From the NCBI GenBank assembly GCA_017444785.1, contig JAFSVX010000020.1, positions 1 through 39,831 of the forward strand: 39,831 nucleotides of DNA, written 5' to 3'. The notes below the pieces were generated by a model. The model searched no databases and was not told where the DNA came from. It saw only the letters and a program-made list of their open reading frames with translations. Of the stretch, positions 1-10,800 are shown in pieces. Made by a program: the position numbers and the translations under genes. Source of the stretch: Clostridia bacterium. Lineage in GTDB: Bacteria; Bacillota; Clostridia; Christensenellales; UBA1242. The first letter of the stretch is position 1. Every line of letters begins with the position of its first letter.

Positions 1-287
1 TCTTCTTTTTTATCCTCAGTTTCCTCTTGAGATTGTCCACCATTGACATGAACATTCACAACAACTGCTGGGTTTTCTTTTTCCTCTTGACTTTTCTTTG
101 TTGCTTCTTCAAGACGAGCAAGCATTTCATCAAGATCAATTTCTCCAATTTCCTCTTCTTGAACTGGTGCTTCTTCCACTTTCTTTTCTTTTCTGCAAAA
201 CTCAGCAATAAAGGCAATTGTAAGACATATTGCAGCAAGTGTGCCAGCTCCAAGTAAACATACCGCTATAATTTGAAATGTAGTCAT
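1..287 (-). CDS. Membrane-anchored acidic hypothetical protein (5' part; runs off the window)
   Basis: Not in the ORF track. AGGAG RBS, ATG at 287, open frame MTTFQIIAVCLLGAGTLAAICLTIAFIAEFCRKEKKVEEAPVQEEE... to the window edge; N-terminal hydrophobic helix then a Glu-rich region. Confidence 0.8.
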   Translation of the reverse strand, partial: MTTFQIIAVCLLGAGTLAAICLTIAFIAEFCRKEKKVEEAPVQEEEIGEIDLDEMLARLEEATKKSQEEKENPAVVVNVHVNGGQSQEETEDKKE

Positions 288-331
288 AATAATATCTCCT
301 ATAATTCAAAAATATTTTTCCTCCGCTTGTT

Positions 332-687
332 TGGTGGAGGCGGCGGGAATTGAACCCGCGTCCAAACAATCTGAAAGCACCCTTCTTCGTTCTCCAGTTG
401 GTTTATAAGTTTCATCTGCCATCGAAAGCCAACAATCTTAAGCAAACAATCTTGGCCTTATTTTCGAGAATAGGTTATGCCAAGAAATAAACTATCTCAC
501 CTTACTTTACTTTAACAAGCCTTTGAACCAGTAAGCCTTTCAAAGCACCCGAGCCGCTTAATTTACGCAGCAGCTAAAGCTAAATTTTCGTTAGCGTTTA
601 TTTTTTCACCACTTTTAAGGTCTTTGGTGAGGACCAGAACGCTTATAATGTTTTCGATCAATTGCCTGTCGAAACCAAATCGCCCCC
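332..687 (-). ncRNA. ssrA: tmRNA; tag reading frame 595-563 encodes ANENLALAAA*
   Basis: 5' GGGGGCG..GGTTTCGAC and 3' GGTTCAATTCCC..CGCCTCCACCA with the G3-U alanine identity pair; resume context AATAAAC-GCT; adjacent to smpB. Confidence 0.96.
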
Positions 688-714
688 ATGTAAGAGGACT
701 TTGCCAAGAAGAAA

Positions 715-1161
715 TTATTTAAAGTTTTTGATATCCCTTGAAGTTTCCCTTGAAATGTCTTTTTCTTTTAAAGATTGTTTCTTTTCGTAAAGGTGTTTAC
801 CTTTTGCAAGTCCCAAAAGCACCTTGACGATACCATCTTTAAAATATGCTTTAAGTGGAATAAGTGTAAAGCTTTTGTCTTGCACCTTTCTTTCCAGCCT
901 TGCAATTTCGCTTTTATGGAGCAAAAGTTTTCTGCTTCGCTTTTCGTCCTGCTTAAAAGCCGATGTCTTTTCATAGCAAGGAATGTTTGCGTTTATCAAA
1001 AACACTTCACCATTTCTTATCACTGCATAGTTGTCTGAGATTGTCAGGTGCCCTGCCCTTAAAGACTTAACTTCTTGTCCTGCAAGAGCGATGCCACACT
1101 CATACGTTTCTTCAATGAAATATTCAAAATTTGCCTTACGATTTACTGCTATTTCTTTCAT
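715..1161 (-). CDS. smpB: SsrA-binding protein
   Basis: NRKA.FEY, G..L.G.EVKSLR, RKLLLHK.EI and GKHLYEK motifs; lies between rnr and ssrA. Confidence 0.97.
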   Translation of the reverse strand: MKEIAVNRKANFEYFIEETYECGIALAGQEVKSLRAGHLTISDNYAVIRNGEVFLINANIPCYEKTSAFKQDEKRSRKLLLHKSEIARLERKVQDKSFTLIPLKAYFKDGIVKVLLGLAKGKHLYEKKQSLKEKDISRETSRDIKNFK

Positions 1162-1173
1162 CTTTGCTCCTCG

Positions 1174-1202
1174 ATTATATCACATAGTTTTTCATTTTTC
1201 AA
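1174..1202 (-). promoter_or_regulatory. sigmaA-type promoter for smpB
   Basis: TTGAAA-N17-TATAAT with TG extension. Confidence 0.65.
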
Positions 1203-1358
1203 GATGCTTTTTTAAAATTATTATATTTTTTTACTGTTTTTAAGCAAAATTTATGCATTTTTGCGTTTTTTAGCCCTATTTTCACTCACAATTAGTAAAT
1301 TTTCTGCATTTTTCTGCAAAATTATTTTTCAAATTTTTGATATTATTGCAAATATGAT

Positions 1359-3524
1359 TTAAAAGACATTTTTTCTGCTGTCTTCTGAGATATTGCAGAT
1401 TTCAAAGTCGATGTGGCGCGTGTTTATATCTGCAGCCGCAACCCTTATTTTCAATCTTTCCCCAAGCATAAACCTGTTGCGTCTGCCAACAAGCATATAC
1501 CTTGTCTGATCAAAGATGTAATGATCCTCTGGCAAATTCTCAAGATATATAAATCCTTCAATAGTGTTATCAAGTTGCACAAACAATCCTGCATCTGTAA
1601 CACCACTTATATTGCCCTCATAAATCTCTCCAATTTTATCGCGCATATATTCAGCTTTTTTCAGGTCATCAACCTCTCTTTCTGCAGTTTCTGCATTTCG
1701 TTCAGTAAGAGATGACTGGTCCGCTGCCTCTTTCACAAACTCGCCAAGGAAATTTAATTTTTCCATAGTCAACTTATTTCTCAGATAAAGCTTTATAATT
1801 CTGTGAATAGTCAAATCTGGATATCTTCTTATTGGAGAAGTAAAATGGCAATAATCGCGCAGTGCAAGACCAAAATGCCCCAGATTTTCACTGTCATATC
1901 TTGCTTTTTGCATGCTTCTGAGCATAACTTTACTGATTGGCTGACTGTATGGCGTATCTTGGATTTCTAAGAGCAGTTTTTGGAAATCTTTTGGATCGCT
2001 TCCATCAACTCCACCTTGAAGCTTCAGTCCAAAGCTTGAGACAAAATCACGGAACGCTTTGACGCGCTCATAGGTTGGCTCTTCATGCACACGAAATACA
2101 AAAGGCAATTTCAAATTATCAAAGTGATTTGCAACAACCTCATTTGTTACAACCATAAATTGTTCTATCAGCCTGTCACTTAAATTGCGTGGCTTTTGCG
2201 TAATAGATGTTATCCTGCCCTCTTCATCAATATCAATTTGAGCCTCTGGCAAATCAAAGTCAAGCTGACCTGCACGATTTCTTCTTTCCAAAAGCAGAAC
2301 TGCAAGTTTCGCCATTTGCTTCAGCATAGGCACAATCTCTTTATAAGTATGGCAAAGTTCACTGTCGCCGTCAAAAATTTTGGTAACATTGGTATAGGTC
2401 ATGCGATATGCCGAACGAATCACACCCTCAAAGAAATTATAGTCCTTTATATTTCCGTCTTTGTCAAACTCCATGACCACTGAAAGTGTCAGCCTGTCCT
2501 CATTTGGATTGAGTGAACAAATGCCATTTGAAAGAGATTTTGGAAGCATAGGAATAACATAGTCAGGAAAATAGACACTTGTTCCACGCCTGAAGGCTTC
2601 TTTATCAATGACTCCGCCCTGTTTTACATATTCACCAACATCAGCAATATGCACACTTAAAACATAGTTTTCCCCTTTCATTTTCAGTGAGATTGCGTCA
2701 TCAAAATCCCTTGCGTCTTCACCATCGATTGTGATGGTGAGCTCATTTCTGAAGTCTTTTCTGCCTTTGATTTGATTTTCAGTTATTGGGACATTCAACT
2801 TGTCCGCCTCTTTCACGACATTTTCAGGGAACTCATCAATAAGCCCAAAACTGCGAATAACAGAAAGCGTGGAAACTTTGAAGCTCCTTGCATCACCAAG
2901 CACCTCAATAACCTCACCCTGAGCCATACGAGTTCTTGTTGGATACTCTGTGATTTTCACCACAACTTTCACCGTTCCAGAAGCTCCATTAGCTTTGTTT
3001 GCAGGGATAAACATGCTGTCTGCAAATCTGGCGTCATCAGGAACGACAAGTCCTCCGCCAGATGTTGGAGCATATGTTCCAACGATAGTGGTAAAGCCTC
3101 GCGCCAAAATACGAATAACTCTTCCAATTGTTCTGCCACGCGCAGCTTGTGGAGTTTTTCCTCTGAAATTTCTGCCCTTCTGTTTGCCAAGAATTTTCAC
3201 AAGCACAGTATCGCCATGGCTTGCACCTTCAAGGTCTCTTTCTGAGATAAAAATATCAAGTCCGCCACTTGCCGGCCTTGCATAGCTATACCCATTTGGA
3301 CTGCCAATAATGGTGCATTTTATTGCACCACTGTTGTCTGCAAGCGTGTATTTATTACGTTTGGTAAAGACAATCTGATCAGCTTTCACCATCTCACTGA
3401 GCGCAGAGGCGAGCGCCTGCCTGTCAAATCCTCGCGAAAGACCAAGAGCTTTGGCAATTTCGTCAAAGTCAAAATACTTTTGTCCGCTTTCAAAAACTTT
3501 TAAAATACTTTCTTTAAAATTCAT
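1359..3524 (-). CDS. rnr: Ribonuclease R
   Basis: TIDGEDARDFDDA and HFTSPIRRYPDL RNB motifs; N-terminal HTH/CSD; C-terminal S1. Confidence 0.96.
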   Translation of the reverse strand: MNFKESILKVFESGQKYFDFDEIAKALGLSRGFDRQALASALSEMVKADQIVFTKRNKYTLADNSGAIKCTIIGSPNGYSYARPASGGLDIFISERDLEGASHGDTVLVKILGKQKGRNFRGKTPQAARGRTIGRVIRILARGFTTIVGTYAPTSGGGLVVPDDARFADSMFIPANKANGASGTVKVVVKITEYPTRTRMAQGEVIEVLGDARSFKVSTLSVIRSFGLIDEFPENVVKEADKLNVPITENQIKGRKDFRNELTITIDGEDARDFDDAISLKMKGENYVLSVHIADVGEYVKQGGVIDKEAFRRGTSVYFPDYVIPMLPKSLSNGICSLNPNEDRLTLSVVMEFDKDGNIKDYNFFEGVIRSAYRMTYTNVTKIFDGDSELCHTYKEIVPMLKQMAKLAVLLLERRNRAGQLDFDLPEAQIDIDEEGRITSITQKPRNLSDRLIEQFMVVTNEVVANHFDNLKLPFVFRVHEEPTYERVKAFRDFVSSFGLKLQGGVDGSDPKDFQKLLLEIQDTPYSQPISKVMLRSMQKARYDSENLGHFGLALRDYCHFTSPIRRYPDLTIHRIIKLYLRNKLTMEKLNFLGEFVKEAADQSSLTERNAETAEREVDDLKKAEYMRDKIGEIYEGNISGVTDAGLFVQLDNTIEGFIYLENLPEDHYIFDQTRYMLVGRRNRFMLGERLKIRVAAADINTRHIDFEICNISEDSRKNVF

Positions 3525-3577
3525 ACTATACCACCAATTGATGATATTTTACCGCAAAATTACAAGCTTTGTCTATT

Positions 3578-3607
3578 AAAAAAGGCCAAAACATGAAGTT
3601 TTGACCT
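3578..3607 (-). terminator. Intrinsic terminator after the kinase/HipS-like pair
   Basis: AGGTCAAAAC-TTCAT-GTTTTGGCCT followed by a T tract on the minus strand. Confidence 0.65.
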
Positions 3608-3676
3608 ATATTTTGAAGATTTTTTACTATTTTTGGTGTTTTTCAAGATTTCTGGCAAAAAAACAATTAACATTTT

Positions 3677-3780
3677 TTATCTGCACTTTAATTAAAACGA
3701 GATCATCTGTTCTTTTGTTAAAATGTGATCATCTGCACTTTTAATTAAATGTGGTTATCTGCACTTTAAATAAAATGAGC
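3677..3780 (-). repeat. Four tandem degenerate 26-bp units; the first on the minus strand is the 3' end of the HipS-like gene
   Basis: Plus-strand units start at 3677, 3703, 3729 and 3755: ttatctgcactttaattaaaacgaga / tcatctgttcttttgttaaaatgtga / tcatctgcacttttaattaaatgtgg / ttatctgcactttaaataaaatgagc. Confidence 0.85.
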
Positions 3781-4075
3781 CCCTGTCCAAATTCAGTCTT
3801 GCGATTTTCACAAGTTTCTCAAAGTCAGATTCGCCGTCAATAATGTTTGCCTCGCTCTTGATATAGCTGTTTTTCAAAAGGTTCAAAAAATAGGCGTATT
3901 CGCCAAACAGTTTTTCAGACACCTGTTTTTGTCCTTCCAAAAGTTTGCATGCACGTGGAATAATATACTTTTGCATTGCAAGAGCCTTTCCTGTAAGCGA
4001 TTCAAACACATATTTTCCGTTTTCTTGAGTCAATGCCCCAAGTTCGAATTCTTTATAACAAAGTATAACTTTCAT
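3755..4075 (-). CDS. HipA N-terminal-subdomain-like (HipS-like) protein
   Basis: 106 aa; ELGALTQENGKYVF, KLFGEYAYFL and SDFEKLVKIA resemble the HipA N-terminal domain pattern; starts 3 nt after the kinase stop. Confidence 0.6.
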   Translation of the reverse strand: MKVILCYKEFELGALTQENGKYVFESLTGKALAMQKYIIPRACKLLEGQKQVSEKLFGEYAYFLNLLKNSYIKSEANIIDGESDFEKLVKIARLNLDRGSFYLKCR

Positions 4076-4078
4076 AAT

Positions 4079-5089
4079 TTACTCTCCCAGCACCATTTCT
4101 TTATAGTCTTTTATTTCCTGATCAAGCAGTTGCTGTCTTTCATAAACAACATCTTCTGCAAGTCTTAAATAATCATATGGTATTTTAAAATTTGTTTCTT
4201 TTTCAATTTCTTTTGCGGCTTTAAATATACTGAAATCAAGATTATCATAAAACTTTTTAAGTTCAGGATTATTCATGATTTCAATTGCAAAAGAGTTCGC
4301 AAATCTTTTCAAGACAAGTTTGTCAAGTTGTTTATTTTTCAGCATTTTCACAACATCACCTGCAACTGCATGTCTGAAACTTTGAACATCAAAGTCCGTT
4401 CCAAGAACTGGATGAAATACATGATTTACTTTGACTGAAATTTGCACAACTTGAGGCAAGGGAATATCATCAATATGATCTTGAACATAGCCGAACATAA
4501 ACGCAAGCTCATTATCATAAAGCGGACAAAGTCTTATTGTCTTTTTGCCACTTTGATCCACTATTTCAAAAAGCAAATTTTCCTCATGCCTGTCAGACTG
4601 ACAACACAGATAGTCCATAAGTGCATACTTATAAAGTTGAAGCCTTAAATCTTTTTGACATTCAATATTATTTTTTTTCGCAAATATGTTTACTTTTTCA
4701 CAAATTCCTTCAATGCTGTAATCAGAATATTCCCCAATTTCACACAACATGTCATAAGTCAACCTTTCGCTGCCCTCTTCGCAGACATCCTCACTTATCA
4801 CCATGTCAATTCCGCCAAGGTTTCCCGCGTCAACATTTGCACAAGGCAACCCATTCATCTTTGCAAGTTCAGAAAATAACAGCTCGCCATAAACTGACAC
4901 GATATACTCTGGTTTAAGGCTTGATTTAACAAGATACTTCTTATCTTTCCCCTCCAGCCAAAAAGAGCTTGAAGCACCGTCTTTTGCGCCACTTACCTGC
5001 GTTAAGTGCAGTTTTTCATAGCCATGTGCGCCATAGTCCTCAAGGATATATTTTCCGTCTTGATCTCTTGAAAAGTTCAATTCAACCAT
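4079..5089 (-). CDS. HipA-family (HipT/CtkA-like) Ser/Thr kinase
   Basis: Gly/Ser loop SGAKDGASSSFW, YLVK, GELLFSELA, catalytic DYLCCQSDRHEENL, Mg-binding CPLYDN. Confidence 0.82.
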   Translation of the reverse strand: MVELNFSRDQDGKYILEDYGAHGYEKLHLTQVSGAKDGASSSFWLEGKDKKYLVKSSLKPEYIVSVYGELLFSELAKMNGLPCANVDAGNLGGIDMVISEDVCEEGSERLTYDMLCEIGEYSDYSIEGICEKVNIFAKKNNIECQKDLRLQLYKYALMDYLCCQSDRHEENLLFEIVDQSGKKTIRLCPLYDNELAFMFGYVQDHIDDIPLPQVVQISVKVNHVFHPVLGTDFDVQSFRHAVAGDVVKMLKNKQLDKLVLKRFANSFAIEIMNNPELKKFYDNLDFSIFKAAKEIEKETNFKIPYDYLRLAEDVVYERQQLLDQEIKDYKEMVLGE

Positions 5090-5095
5090 ACGCCT

Positions 5096-5124
5096 ATTTT
5101 ATCACCTGCAAGCGTTATTGTCAA
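5096..5124 (-). promoter_or_regulatory. sigmaA promoter giving a leaderless kinase mRNA
   Basis: TTGACA-N17-TAAAAT-N6-ATG with TG extension and no SD. Confidence 0.7.
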
Positions 5125-5244
5125 GAAGGCAAATTTGGACGGCACATTATGACAAAAAAGATAAAATTTTATTATTATTAAAAAATAGTTGCAAAAGCAA
5201 AAAAAATATGCAATATTAAAATCACAAAATAAGGAGGAATTATT

Positions 5245-5766
5245 ATGAGCAGAAAAGTAGCAGAATTTTATAAAGTATCATTTGAAAGATTTAAGGAGGA
5301 TTTTGAAAAGACCTACTTTCAAGCCGGGCTTTCAGAAGAAAAAATAAAGGAAATGTATGACGCAATCAAGCTTCCATCAAGGGCAACCACAGCTTCCGCC
5401 GGATACGACTTTTATTTACCATTTGAAATCAACCTTGATGTCGGTGATGAAATTATGGTCCCAACAGGAATAAGATGCCGTATGGATGAAGATTATGCCC
5501 TTTTCATCATGCCAAAAAGTGGGCTTGGCACCAAGTCAAGACTGATCATGTATAACACCGCCGCGCTGATTGACGCAGACTATTATAATTCCGACAACGA
5601 AGGCCACATCATGATCAAACTTTTATATGACCTGAGAAACAGCAACAAATCCCTTTTCCTTCCTGCCGGCAAAAGCTTTGTTCAAGGAGTTTTTCTTCCA
5701 TTTGGCATCACTGAAAGTGACAACGCCACAGGCATTCGCAACGGCGGCTTCGGCAGCACAAAGTAA
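5245..5766 (+). CDS. dut: Trimeric dUTPase
   Basis: SAGYDF, PKSGLG, IDADYY and RNGGFGST motifs; AGGAGG RBS. Confidence 0.95.
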   Translation: MSRKVAEFYKVSFERFKEDFEKTYFQAGLSEEKIKEMYDAIKLPSRATTASAGYDFYLPFEINLDVGDEIMVPTGIRCRMDEDYALFIMPKSGLGTKSRLIMYNTAALIDADYYNSDNEGHIMIKLLYDLRNSNKSLFLPAGKSFVQGVFLPFGITESDNATGIRNGGFGSTK

Positions 5767-5799
5767 AAATTTTAAAGTGAAAATTTTAAAGTGAAATAC

Positions 5800-5831
5800 A
5801 AAAAGACCAGATTTTACAATCTGGTCTTTTT
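5800..5831. terminator. Bidirectional terminator between dut and the foldase gene
   Basis: AAAAAGACCAGATT-TTAC-AATCTGGTCTTTTT. Confidence 0.85.
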
Positions 5832-5843
5832 ATTATTCACTTT

Positions 5844-7781
5844 TTATGAAATCGCATCAGTAAGTTCACTGTTTGACATCTTATTGACATACTTAATTTT
5901 TTTCGCATCTTCATACTCTTTCACAAGCGCATTTTTATGATCAGTAAAGTATGTCCCGCTGTCACCAACAAGTTCATCTTTGATAAGGTCATAAATATAC
6001 TCATAAAGACTCTCTGTTGTAAGGTTTGAAATATATGTATTTTTCAACTCGCTGACTATTTCTGCATCAGTCTTGTCAACAATATCATCGGTTACCTCTT
6101 TTGTTGTGGAAACAACTTCACCTTTGTTATAAACGCCAGTGAGCATCATAAGGTGCACGCCATAATCTGAAACAACAGCCTTGATTTCGTTACCAAAATT
6201 GTATGTTCCGTCATGATTGTCAGCATTTGCAAGAAGCTCTCTTGCGCCCTCGGCAAATTCTTTCACCCAAGAGCCGTTCTCATTGGCTTTGTTGTTGATT
6301 GTAAAGCCCATAACACCAGAGAGTTTATCACTTACAAGCGAACCTGTGTCTTCGCTATATTTCCATGAAAATTCTTGGAACAGAAGGGTTTTTACTCTTT
6401 GGTCGGTAGCAGCTTTTTCATCTGCGGTCATTGCTGCATATTCATCAGTTGCGTGAAGTGCAGCAAGTCTTGCTGTCAATTCGCTGTTATACTCACCAAG
6501 GATAGTGTCATCAGTTGACGCATCACCAATAGCGATCTTGCTTTCAACCATTTTGCCGGTGCCGTCATCTTCTTTCACAGCATAGCCATTTTCATCGCGA
6601 TAAGATGCTGTCATTGACTTGATAAAATCATCAGTTGCAATTGAAGATCTCACGCCCTCATAGTATTCGCGGAACATTGCATCTTTTGTTACGTCATAAC
6701 CTGCAGTCTCTTTCAGAGTGTCAAGGGTTGCATCATCAAACTTAACAAGAATGTGTTGAACAGTAAAATATGTGTCCTCAACATCTTCGTTGTGATATAA
6801 AATAAGTGTATCATTTGAAGATGATGTTACAAGTTCGATATAACTTTTATCAACAGTATTGCTTTCTTTTGAGGCTTTCAAAAGCTTTTTATACTTTTCA
6901 ACAATTGCGCTGTCGGAAAATTTGTTTTCATATTTTCCTTCCACACCTGCAATCGTTGACTTGATATAGTCTTGGTATTTTGTGTAAAGCATGCTATCAA
7001 AGTATGATTTATAAACTCTTTCAACCTCAGCCTTCAAAACCTTGTCCGCTGCATAGTCTTTTTTGTTCGATTTTGCAACAAATTGAAGATCTGCAATATA
7101 CTCATTTATTGCTTGATTTCTCACAGCAAGTTCATCTTCGGCAATATCAACCAAAGTTTTTTCTTCTTCATCTTTTGAGGTGTTATATTTAAGCAAATAG
7201 TTTTTAAGCTCAACAATTTCGGCATCTGTATCAAAATTGTCAGGATCATAGGCTGAATCAGTTTCCGTCTTCACCTCCACAGCTTCAAACTCATAAGCTT
7301 CATATTTATAAGCTTTCTCATCTGAAGTTTCCTCTTCCTTAAGTCTTTCAGGATACTCATTTTCTTCTTTTCCTGCAAGCTCATAAATAGCCTTTTCGTT
7401 TGAGTCAACTTGGCCATAGACAAAGTCAAACACTTTATCCCAAACACCCTGAACATCTTTGTCAGTTATAACAAGTGTGCCATCATCAACAAGCTTCTGT
7501 GCTTCGATCATAATAATTTTGTTTTCAATCACACTGTTATAGAAAATTTCCATAATCGTGTCAGTATCATAATACATAAAATAAGTGGAATTCTGTTGAT
7601 AGAATCTGTTATAATCCTCAATCAATTCCTCTTTAGTGATCACAGTGTCCCCAATTTTAAGTGCAATTTTAGCATTGTCTTTCTCTGTATTTTTAACAAA
7701 CAAAGAACAGCCGGTCAGCACACTGAAACACATGCAAATACAAATTAAAATAGCCACAATTTTAGTTTTTAAGTTTTTCAA
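5844..7781 (-). CDS. Large PrsA/SurA-like parvulin foldase lipoprotein
   Basis: Likely TTG start at 7781 after GGAGG; lipobox VLTGC; parvulin motifs VQHILVK, YSEDTGS, WVKEF, SDYGVHL; downstream of mfd as in Clostridia. Confidence 0.75.
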   Translation of the reverse strand: MKNLKTKIVAILICICMCFSVLTGCSLFVKNTEKDNAKIALKIGDTVITKEELIEDYNRFYQQNSTYFMYYDTDTIMEIFYNSVIENKIIMIEAQKLVDDGTLVITDKDVQGVWDKVFDFVYGQVDSNEKAIYELAGKEENEYPERLKEEETSDEKAYKYEAYEFEAVEVKTETDSAYDPDNFDTDAEIVELKNYLLKYNTSKDEEEKTLVDIAEDELAVRNQAINEYIADLQFVAKSNKKDYAADKVLKAEVERVYKSYFDSMLYTKYQDYIKSTIAGVEGKYENKFSDSAIVEKYKKLLKASKESNTVDKSYIELVTSSSNDTLILYHNEDVEDTYFTVQHILVKFDDATLDTLKETAGYDVTKDAMFREYYEGVRSSIATDDFIKSMTASYRDENGYAVKEDDGTGKMVESKIAIGDASTDDTILGEYNSELTARLAALHATDEYAAMTADEKAATDQRVKTLLFQEFSWKYSEDTGSLVSDKLSGVMGFTINNKANENGSWVKEFAEGARELLANADNHDGTYNFGNEIKAVVSDYGVHLMMLTGVYNKGEVVSTTKEVTDDIVDKTDAEIVSELKNTYISNLTTESLYEYIYDLIKDELVGDSGTYFTDHKNALVKEYEDAKKIKYVNKMSNSELTDAIS

Positions 7782-7886
7782 AGCAAAGCCCTCCAATATT
7801 TCAATATCCAAAAAGGATACATTTTTACATAATACTTTTATAGTATAAAACAATAATGTCCAAAAATCAATTGTTTTTTCAGATTT

Positions 7887-10800
7887 TTATACTCCAGCAA
7901 GAAAATCTTTTAAAAGTTTAAAGTTTTGCTCGGCAGTATCCCCTGTTTTGAAGCAAATTTTAGGTGCTGAAGAGAAATCCAAATTGCATCTCATTCTGAA
8001 TTTATACAAAAGTTCACCAATCTCGGCATTGTCAATGATTTTATTTTTGTCATCAAAGATAATTTCCAAGCTGGTTGCAGTGCTGACAATCTCTTTAGCC
8101 TTAAGCCTGCCCGCCTTAGCCTTGACAAGCGCAATGTCAATAAGATTTAATGTTGGCTGAGGGATTTTTCCAAAAGTATTTTCGAAATCTCTTATAACTC
8201 TTTCTTTTTCGTCAACACTTGTTATGCTTGCAATAGTCTTATAGGCAACCATTCTGTCCTCACTTTTGGTCATATAGGTATCCGGAATAAACGCATCAAG
8301 AGAAATCTTCACAAGCACATCTTGTTTTTCTTCCACTTTTTCACCCTTAAGCTCTTGAACTGCCTGAGCCAAAAGCTTGCTGTAAAGCTCATAGCCCACT
8401 TTTTGCATGTGGCCATGTTGTTCTGCCCCAAGCACATTTCCGCTTCCACGAATTTCCAGGTCGCGCATGGCAAGTTTAAATCCGCTTCCAAATTCGGTAA
8501 ACTCTGAAATGGCATCAAGACGTTTATATGCCTCTTCGGTCAGCACTTTGCCCGGGTTATAGGTAAGATATGCATAGGCCATCTTGCTTCCACGTCCCAC
8601 TCTGCCACGAAGTTGATAGAGCTGAGAAAGTCCAAACCTGTCACTGTCAATGACTATAAGAGTGTTAGCATTTTCAATATCAATACCATTTTCTATGATA
8701 GTTGTGCAGACAAGCACGTCTGCCATACCATGATAAAATTGATAAATTATATCTTCAAGTTGTTTCCCAGGCATCTGACCATGTCCAACCAACACTCTTG
8801 CATCAGGAACAAGTTTTCTTATTTTGTCCGCAAAAGCATAGATATGCTCGACCGAGTTGAACAGCACAAAAGTCTGACCACCACGGTTCATCTCTTTTTT
8901 TATTGCATCACGGATAAGTTCATCAGTTTGCTCAGTAACAAAAGTGGCAACCGGCAGTCTTTCGCTTGGTGGAGTGGATATGATTGACACATCACGAATG
9001 CCCGAAAGTGACATATGAAGAGTTCTTGGAATAGGTGTAGCACTGAGCGTCAAAACATCAACATTTGGATATTTGAGCTTGATTTTCTCTTTATCTTCCA
9101 CACCAAACTTTTGCTCTTCGTCCAAAATTATAAGCCCAAGGTCTTTGAAAGAAACATCTTTGCTCAAAAGCCTGTGTGTTCCACAGATGATATCTATTTC
9201 CCCTTTTGCAAGCCTGTTCAAAATGTCGTCAACCTGTTTTGGAGTCTTAAACCTGTTAAGCACCTCAATTTTTGCGCCAAAGTTCTCCATACGAATTTTT
9301 GCGGTGTTATAATGCTGCTCAGAAAGAATAGTTGTTGGAGCCATAAATGCAACTTGTTTGCCAGCAAGTATCGCTTTAAATGCAACACGGAGTGCAACTT
9401 CTGTCTTACCAAAGCCAACATCACCGCAAAGGAGCCTGTCCATAACTTTTCCATTTTCCATATCTTTTTTGATTTCACTTATACTGATAAGCTGATCCTC
9501 GGTTTCAGTGTATGGAAAACTGTTTTCAAACTCAATCTGAAGCTCGTTATCTGGGCTGTAAACATATCCCTTTTTCTTTTCTCTTTCCGCATAAAGAGCA
9601 AGCAGATCAAAAGCCAATTTTTTAACAGATGTCTTGACTTTTTCCTTGACCTTGGCAAAGTCCGCACCACCAATTTTACTCAATTTCTTTGGAGTTTCCG
9701 CACCAGAAAACTTATCAAGCATATCCATTTGGTCTATTGGAACGTAAAGTTTATCATCACCGGCATAGCGCACCACAACATAGTCCTTGGTGCCAAAATT
9801 ACCCGAGAGCTTGGTTACCCCTTCACAGATACCTATACCATGAAAATTATGGACAACATAGTCCCCGACTTTTGGAACAGAGAACACATTTTTACGCTGA
9901 ACTTTCAGTCTGGATTCTTGCATTTTTCTTGGGAGAATGTCATAAGTTCCAAGCACCAATATTTTGTGCGCAGGCAAAACAAAACCACTGACAAACTCCT
10001 CAGGGATAATCATGTCATCTGAGATTGAAAGATTTGATGATTTTTTTATCTCATAGTCAATCCCATAATCTTTAAGAGTTCTTTGAATATGTTTGGCATC
10101 TTCGCTGTTTCCCGCGAAAATTATGTTGCGGTAGCCCTCAAAGTCATATTTTTTAAGGTCTTTTGCAAGATCTTTTAAACTGTGCGTATATCTTGATACC
10201 GGAAGCGCCTTTTCCTCCAAAATTATCTCTGGCTGGAAAAACTTATTAGTGTTTGTTATTTTCTGGAACACAACAGCTTTGCCACTGCTCATTTTTTTTA
10301 CAAAATCAGCAAAATCAATCAAATTATCATCTTTTGAAAGACATGTCCCACGAGAAAAAAGTTCTTTAACTCGACTTTGGAATTCTTTTGAATAAGATGA
10401 TCCCTCATCATAAACCATTTTGCACTCATCAATAACGGTAACTTGGTCGTCAAAAAAATCAAAGATGCTTGCTTTGTTTTCAATAAGTGGCATCAAATAG
10501 TCAAGATTAAAACCTGCATCTCCGCTTTCAAGCTTAAAAATTAGGTCATTGACACATTTTGTATATTCTTCTTTTGCAGTGTTATCTTCAAACTTTCTTT
10601 GATCAATGCTTTTCAAATATTTGATGATCTTTTCTTTTTCGCCTGCATTTAAGAAAATATTTTTGCATGGATAAAAAGTAAGATCTTTAATTTTCTTACC
10701 TTTCTTCATGTTCTGTGGATCAAGCTCACAAATATCATCAATTTCACGATCAAAAAAGTCAATTCTGTATGCAATATTTTCCCCAAGTGGCAAAACATCC

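Noticed and set aside
288-340. Element integrated at the tmRNA 3' end
   Set aside because: No integrase or duplicated tmRNA end in view; only a short hairpin and the RBS of the next gene
3677-3780. CRISPR mini-array
   Set aside because: Units abut with no unique spacers, are degenerate, and there are no cas genes
9015-10022. 335-aa antisense ORF within mfd and similar shadow ORFs
   Set aside because: Opposite-strand shadows of conserved genes with no RBS or motifs
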